Origin: a virus | IMG/VR virus record: IMGVR_UViG_3300021197_001521 | Coordinates: 20,236 to 84,235 of that record | Length of the DNA: 64,000 nt | Direction: 5' to 3' (one strand) | Shown: positions 1-9,000 of the stretch, piece after piece | Position numbering within the stretch: position 1 is the stretch's first letter | Layout of the letters: each line of letters opens with the position of its first letter | Position numbers and translations under genes: made by a program | The notes under the pieces: model-generated | Databases searched by the model: none | Seen by the model: only the letters and a program-made list of their open reading frames with translations | What the model was told of the DNA's origin: nothing

Positions 1-3000
1 TGGACTGCAAATCAAGTAATATACCCTAAAGAAGATGTTAGTTCTAGTGGGTTCATCAACAAGTCTAAGGAGTCCACAAATCTTTACCAAAGTATTGACG
101 AAGGTGTTTTTGTTGGCAATTCTTATTATAGCAAAGACTATAGTATTGTTGCAGATGATTCCACCTCTTACATAACTGCATCTTCTATAAATACAGAGTT
201 TGAAGCAAACTATAAGTTTAAGTTTACGGATTTACTTGTTAGACCAGCAGAAAACAGACTTAGAATAAAAATGTCTGGTCCGTTGAAAAACTATGAATCA
301 GATTTACCTCCTAAGTTTCACTTTACTGACGTAAAGATGGAAGATCCTTCTGGTGGTCTTATTTGTGAATACGAGGACTTTACTTTTATTGGCGATTCAA
401 ACCAATATATAGACGACGCCAACTTTGTAACATACTCGCTAAAACCATCTCTCAACTATGCAGAGAGGTATCAGTGGCAAGATAACTATCCAAATCTTTA
501 TGTAACCTCTGGTCACACGCTTTCATTCAACGTGACATCAGAAGACATGGGGCATCCATATTCAAAATCTGCGTACACATTTGGTTTTAAAGGCGATAAT
601 GACTTTGTTGCATCTGATCAAGAATACAAAGACTTTTTCAGTGTTAGTGGTATAAATCCAAGTCTAAGAATAACGGCGATAGAACTCTATGCAAGTGGAA
701 GAAAGATCCCTTACAAAGAGAACTTCATGAACACCTATATCTTAGGTCAGACACAAGGAGGAAGAGTAGAAAGAGTAATAAAACCAACAGCGTTCTTGTT
801 GTCAGATTTTGATACTGGTATTCGTCCTGCTGCGTCTTCCATCTGGGAGGGTTCTCATGGTAGAAATAATTCTAGCAAACTAGGCGCTTTAGAACTGCTT
901 TCTAACATAAGGGGTTCTGGATATGACAAATATATAACTACTCACAATGATGCAAGTCAGTCTGGTAAACTTATTCTTCAATTTGGTCATCAGCGTGACG
1001 ATACTTTCTACGAAGTTAAACCAGATTCGTTCCTTCAAAATTCTTTCTCTAATATTTTCTCTAGATGGTTTGATGAAGATCAGGGAGTATTTAATGCTAA
1101 AGACAAGTTAACACCTCATCAAGACGGGTTCTTTAAAGTAGAAGATATTAAACTAAGAGTCTTGGCAAAGAAAAATGTTGGTGCTGCAAATTATGTCTTA
1201 GATGTTGTTGGTTATAGCGATGACTGCATAATTCATGTAACTCCTGCTATGGGAGGATTCTTACAAAATACTCCTAGTCAAGACGTTGTAGACTATTCTG
1301 ATGATAGTATTACAACTTTTTCTCCGCAGGGAACTGTACCAACGGATTCTGGATTTGGAAATGTTGATGATCTAGGTCTTAGTACTGAACCTGTTTCAAA
1401 TAAAGATCAATACTTTGAAGACAACACTAGCAACAATCTCGGTGGCGACCATGATCTGATTTCTACCTATCCTGTTGTGTCAGCAACAGAATTTAAGTGG
1501 TATGAGATACCGTTAAGAATATATAAAGATGATGTTGAACTAGGCAGAATAATAGACTATACTCAAAGCACATACCTAGAAAAACTATTTTTGGATATTT
1601 ATCCTTTACCTAGTGGCGCTTCAATCGGCGCAATAGAGTTGGCGGTTAGGTATAGACCTCAGTCAGCGCTTGAGATGATTGTAGAAGGTGGTGATTATAG
1701 AAAGATACAAGACGGCAGAACAGAAGGGTCGTTCTATCCTGTTGCTAGACAGGTCTCTACAGATCCTATATTTAATGCTGGTTCTGGATTCGCTCCGCTT
1801 TCTAGGATCGAAAATATACCTCATGCGTATGCTTCGCCTGATACAATAAAAACAAACTATGCTAGAAGATGGAGAGGTGTTAACGGTGTTGCTGGACATG
1901 CATTCCAAATAGATCAATTTAGCAGGGCGTTTGACGAGAGACGAATAAACACGCCATTCTTAATGTCTCACGTAGACTTTAGCAACTTGGAAGACGATGC
2001 GCCCACTTCTGTTAAGTTCTCTTCTGAGAAAACCTTTGAAAACGTTCACATGACGTTAACTGAGAACGGAACACCAACAAGCCCAGACATACACCAAAAC
2101 GTTGGAATGAGATTTAGTAGCGGAACAATGTTTGGTTCTCTATTGCCATCCTACTCTGGTAACTATAAAACAGCAGACTGGACATCTTTAATTAATGGTT
2201 CAAATAACTTTACAGACCATGAGCTTTACGGACAAATATTTGATGGTTACGATAGGGTCGTAAGATTTTCAACTAAGACTACCCTAGAGTTAGGAGAAAA
2301 CATTAATCCTTCTAGTGGTGTTTCTGCATTCATTAGGTTTATACCAGATGCTAACGCAAGCGGAATTGGTTACAATTTCTATAACTCTAGTACACTGTTT
2401 AGCACTCAGTTTGCTTCTATTCCTAGTCGATCAGGTTTGGTGGTAGGTTTTAAAGATGGTTATCTTTTTGCTTCCGGTCACACCACCACTTCAAATTTCC
2501 TTATACAAGATACTATAAAGTATAGCGGTTATCAGTATCCATTGTCCGTATTGTTTACTTACGACGAAAATGGCGACAATAGAGCAAGGTTGTATACCGA
2601 CAACGAACTATACCAAGGTGATTTCCAAAACATTAGGGCGTCGAGTGAACCTATCCAGATGGAAAATCTGAGCGATAAGTTTACCTTTGGTTATGCAGGA
2701 TCTTCTGTTTCTGGTATGCCTATGTTGATCAGCGAAGTCGGCGTAACAAACAGTGGAAATATTCTTAACTCTGGCGCCCAACTCCAAGACAATCAAGTAA
2801 GCATAACTGAGTTCTTTGATAATATAAGGGTTAAGTTCTTTAATCCTAACGAAAGCATAAGTAACGATAACTTTAAACTTTGGTCGTATGTTGATGAAAA
2901 TACTTATACAGATTGGTATTTAGGTGCATTTAAATCCTGCGAGTACAATTTTGAGTTTGATTCACTAAATAGCATCAAGGGTAAAAAAGCAGGCAGAGAC

Positions 3001-6000
3001 CTTATAAACTTTAAGTTTGATTCTGATGGATCTGCATACTCTACCTACGCAACCAAGGATATGCCTAACACCGTAAACTCTGGTGTTGCTTATCACAGTC
3101 AATTGGAAAATGACTTCCTTAGATTCTACTTGTCAGACGCTTCTTCCAACTTCTACGCAACTCATAGAAGGGTTGCAAAAAGTCTACCTAGAAACTACGA
3201 CTTTGCAGAAAAAGCATTGGTTGTAGAAAGCATTATTGAGCATAGCTCTAGCGGAAGTATGGTTTGGGATGATGGAAATGTCGGTCCTAAACTGATAGTA
3301 AGTTTGTATACCAAGAACAAAGAACCTTATTACGTAACAGATGATCCTAACTGGGGTCTTATTAATAGACATTATCACTACCTGCAACCATCCAGTTGCT
3401 TTACCAGACTAGATAGCACGTTTACGTATGGTGATTACTGTGACGACACAGAAAAGTGGGCATTGTTCCCAGAGGAGAAAAAACTTTCAGAGTTGACAGA
3501 AAAGTTTTATTCTAAAGATATAGATGATATGTTTGTTCAATATGATATAGCATATCCTTCTGGTTCTTCTCTTCGCTCAAATCTTAATGTTCACACTGTT
3601 CATGTTAGAGCAGAGGATGCTTGGGTTAAACCAACGGCAGATTCTGGTTCACTGAATTTGACGACAAGTGGTAATATTGTTGAATCCGTGAAGATGGACA
3701 TGTATATGTTTGGGGTGTCTGGTTCTTTGAATGACACTCTTGGTCTTTGTATGAGCGGTGTGAAACCCGTAAAGGCATCTGGAGACTTTATACTTTGTGT
3801 TAGTGGCGCTAAAGCAACAAACGATACCCTTGGACTATACACATTAGACTATGGAACAATAAACAACTCTGACGGAAACGTTGTATCTTCATTGCCTCCT
3901 TATCTTGATTTTGTTGTAGGAGACCACGATCCGGGTCAGTTTGGATTCTTCTTGGTTACGTCTGGAGCGCCAGAACCAGTTATAACAACTTTAAACAATC
4001 TGTCTGGAACAAATGGTTCTGGAATGGGCATGTTTATAGAAGGACTAGGATTTACCAGCGGTATCCTGCCTTTATCTGTAGCGAACGATCAGCAAGCTAG
4101 TTCCGATAGCGGTGTACTTAAAATGTCTGTATTTGCTGATTCTGGTGTTCCAAGAATTCAGAGTCAGATGCCAATATTCTTGTTACAAGAACAGTATTTT
4201 GCAGAATCTGATAGTGATTTTGGCGATACGTCAGGCAACTTTAATTTGTCTCTTGTTGGCGCTGCCATAAACAACAATACTATTAGCGAGACCGCAAACT
4301 TGTATCTTGAGGGTCAAGAGTCTCTACAAGTAAGTGGACTCATGAACTTGTTCCTAGACGGACCTCCTGACCCAACTATTCAAAGTGGAATATTAGAGTT
4401 ATTAATTAGAAATAATAATCTAAGATCAGAAAGTAATGTTCCCGGAAATCCTCTTGTTTTCTGGAATGGGGAAAACTATGGAACCTCCATAGATATTCAA
4501 GATAATATTTATGCCACGTTTAGCGCAGACGACGAAATAAGAGGTGTAGATTTATTTGGGTTTGGTTTCTGTGATAGCGACAGTCCAGACAAAGCGTTTG
4601 ATGAAGCGCTCGTTGTTGACGATGTTGTTTATAGAGACAGAGTTTGTAATGATGGCGGGATATTTAGAGCAACTGCAACATACACAAATGAGGCAGCGGG
4701 ATATCAAGACAATTATTACGGAATAAGAAAATTAACTGGACTCAAAAAAGGACGACCATATCTTGTAAACCTAAAAATAACAACCGGAAACACAGATCCT
4801 ATTCCTGTGCCTAATGATTGGGAAGAATGGGAATATGGAATTTGTGACCCAGCATTTGATAGTATGTGTTGCACTAGAGATTGTGACCAAGCACTTGCGT
4901 TTAGTGGTGTTAAACTTATTGGTGATTATCCATATCTTAGTGGTAATTCGAGTCTTATAGATGTAAGCGGAAGGCAAGCGGGCGACAACTACGGAAAGAG
5001 CATGAGGGTCAAGAAAGACTTGCTTGCAGTAGGTGCGCCTAACCACAATGTAAACGATGCTAGTGGTTATTATCTAGAAGACGCTGGCGCTATATTCCTA
5101 TACAGAAGAGATCAAGAAGTAGCAGGCAAAAAAGCAGATTGGCAACTAGAAGAGAAATTACTTCTGCCTCTTGGGGCGAGAAGAGACTTTGTAAGTAGAA
5201 AAACAGGAACTCTAGTAAACTTTGGAAACTTCTCCATAGCGGGTCAACAATGGGAGATTGGTCAAGAGGGTAGAGAATTAGGATTCTCATTAGATGTCTG
5301 TCAAAGCGGAGAAAGAGAAGTTGTTGTTGCTGGTGGACCGGGAGGCAAATGGTCTAGAACATTCCCAACCGTTGTAACTTCTGGTGTCCCAGTATTTATG
5401 ATGCTCTTTACGGACAAGTTTACTTACAACAGAACCAAACTAAAAGAAATAGTTAGAACTGCCAGAAAGTATGACATACTGTATAAGTATTTCTCTGCTC
5501 CTTGGGGTACTTCTCCAGATGAATGGCATCCTGAATTAGATGTAAACCTTCTAATATGCCAGATGTTTACTAGTGATAACATAGACGACCTTCCGTCTGT
5601 TCCAAACACTAGAGAGCCTTGGTTCAATCATATGTACTTGAACGATGTTCTTGATCCAGATATAAACAAAAACGAAGCAATTAATACTGGTGTTAGCGGT
5701 GTTATTTCTAAATTTAAAGAAATATTCCCACATAGAAATGCCCTACACAGTGGTGTACCTCCAATAGTAGGTATTTTTGGTGACAACACATTCTCTACAA
5801 ACTTTACCAACTCGTTTAAACCTATACTAGATCAATTCGTAGACTTCTATAATGACTACTCGCTTGCCAGCGGCGTTTACGATGCGGTAAACTCTAATCC
5901 AAGTAAAGGTTATGTAAATCAGATATTTGACGACGCATTTAATTGGGATCAAGCATCTGTAGAAATATTGAACAAAACACTAGACAGTGGTAATTTGATA

Positions 6001-9000
6001 CTCACAGATAATCTTAAATTTATCACAAGCGGCGTTGGTCAAGAATATGCGAGAGATGATTCTGTTGAATTCCAATCTCCACCTGAGTCTGGCGGAAGGG
6101 TCTATATATTCGAGAAAGAGTATGGAGACTGGAACCTTATCCAAGATATAATATCACCAGAAGAAGAAGCTCTTAACGGAAGTTACGACACAGACGACTT
6201 CATTCCGGGTTATGGCGATCAGAAACCTATGGATAGATTTGGCCATGCCGTTTCTATCAGCGACAACAGTGAAATCATTTCTGTTGGTTCGCCATATATC
6301 AACGAAGCATGTCAGATTTACGAGAGAGACGACTCAGAAAATACCAGAATGTACACAGTTGTTCTAGACTGGTTGACTGAAACTCATGATCCGTTTACCA
6401 AGGATCTTCAGTCTCACATTGATCGTTACAATGAATTATTGGCAGCGTCAGGAGCTACTGTCGCAAGACTGGAAGTTTATAAAGATCTTAGTAAATTAGA
6501 TAAATTCTTGCTTAGAAAAAATAAAGACATTAGACTTTACAGAAAAGTCTTTAACTATGATTATACAGACATTAAGTACACGGGATCGTGGGGTGTTATA
6601 CCTCAAGAGTTTGCTGGTACTTCTAGATTAGGATTTAGCACTGCTATCGACGAAGAAGGTGATGTAGTGGCGTTTGGCGCTCCTACTGACTCCTTTAATG
6701 AGTTTGATGACTACAACGTTTGGTATGGTGGTGTTAGAAGTAGAACAAATTATCCTAAAAACAACACTTGGGCATCTTATACAAATGCCGGTGCTATTAG
6801 AGTCTTTGAGTCAAGAAAATACTTCAAGCACAACAAAGCGGTTGAGTTCTTTAAGTTTGGTAACTTGGATAGAAGTGTTCATCAAGATATTGATAACCTT
6901 AGTTTGTATTATAATAACCTTGGCACGTTCTTTGATGTTGATGGTGTTTCGTTTGAAAGAACGCAGTTTGAAGATATAGAAATACCAACAGATGCTGGTC
7001 TTGCATTTATTATTACGCCGGAACTAGATGCCGCTAGTGATGAGATTGTAGATAATATTAAGTCTTGGTTGGCTTTGGGTGATAGAACGTTAGTGTTAGT
7101 TGGTAATGACCCTCTGTACGAAGAAAATGGACTGTATGAAAAGTCTAACGATATAATTAACAAAATATTGAAAAAACTCGGTTGTAGAATGAGAATTGTT
7201 CCGGCGAGAAACAGAGAAGAATCTCTTGCCGCTGGAGTTACTAATTCTGGTGTGTCTAGTTTGAGATACAATACAGTTCCAGCGAGACTGCCTAGATTCT
7301 TACATGAATCTCATGCGATTAGAGGAAATATCTTTGCTAGTGGTGTTGGTGACATTAAAATAGATCTTTCTGATTTAGGTCAAGAAGATTTTTATATTTA
7401 TCATCCTTGCGACCCAGATACGTTTGATAGATGTGGACTGCCTCTTAAACATATGGGAGACATAAGAGCAGGTTGGGAATCTAAGTGTGATCCAAAAATA
7501 GAATACGAAACAAATTGGGGATTCCATTTTGACACACCTAATCCAGCGCAATCTTGCGAGAGATACCCGCAAATACCTAAACCTCTTCTGGTTGTTCCTA
7601 ATAATGAAATAACACCTGTTATAGCAGCGGCAGAATATAAACCGCAACCTCCAATAATCATAGAGGCAGACAGTGGTACTGAAGAAAGGTGTACTACGAT
7701 ACGGACTGGAACTAGAACGGAAACTATAACCCAAGGAACTACGACCTATAGCTTTGGAACAGAGACGGTTGGCGAACCAGTATTTAATATTCAAGATACA
7801 GCCTCTGGTATTAGCGGTATATACAACTCATTCAATCATGTTAAGTCTGAGTACAAAGAAGGATTCTTCTTCAATCCAGATAAAGAAAATACTAGAGATG
7901 GAATCATTCAGGCGAAGGGTACATCTTTCTATGGAGAACCTGCCTCTTCAAGAAGAAAGGTTAGTGACTTTAGTATTTATGTTGCAGAAGAAATATTTAC
8001 AGATAACGATAGCAACAAGTTGTACATGATCGCCTCCATGCTTCCAGAAAATGGTTGGAGCATGGGAGACTTGTTTGGAGATGAGTTTGATCCAAGGAAT
8101 AATGACCAAAATATAGCATTCTACAACAACTTGGTTATGGAAAATTGCACATCTAGGGCAAACATTTATCAACTAGGCGACTGGACTGGTAGATCATCCC
8201 TAGAAAATGCTTTCTCAGATTCTGTTGTTGAAAAAGTATTGAAGAAAAATGGTCATTTTGTTGTAAATAATGCTACAAATATTCCTAGTGTTTGTAATGT
8301 GCTTTGGATAGCAGATCCGCTAAATGCTCCTACTGACGACAACATGAAAGCAATCAAAGATTGGTTGGCAGAAGGAGATAAAAAGATTGTCGTAACCTAC
8401 GGCAAAACACAGCAATCCGCAGACAATGTTGCCATACTGTGTGATAAACTTGGTATCGGAACTAAACCTTTCTTTGTTGAGGGGGATGACAATAAGTATT
8501 ATGTTCAAGATACAGATATAATCAGAGAGTCTAACTTGACTTCATGTTGCCCAGTGGAAGGAGATGATACCAGTAAATTACAGTTATTAGACGATTCTAA
8601 CATTGCAATATCAGGTTGCGAAACATACACTTGGGCTAATTCTTACGGAGTTAACACGAAGGTTGATAAACTTTCTGCAATACCTAACGGTGCAGATCCA
8701 ATAAACCTTGAGGTTGAATTTGACCCAGAGGGCGATGGGTTTACCGACTACGCATATATTCCTATTAAACTTGGTCCAAGCGGAACCTCTGTAGTCAAGT
8801 TTAGAGATCCTATATACGAAAATTTCACAGAAAATCCAGATTTATTCTGGAAAATAGTAACAAAAGAAAGTAGCATAGAGTTCCCCGTAGTACAAAACTC
8901 AGGTTACAGATTATTTGCGGAATGGGTATCTGAAACAGATGAAGAAAAGTACGACATACTTGCTTGTGTTGATGACTTGACTGTTAAGTTCTCTCCAGAA

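Noticed and set aside
271-273. ATG at 271 as the start of the giant protein
   Set aside because: The frame is open back to base 1 with similar composition, so the gene starts outside the window.
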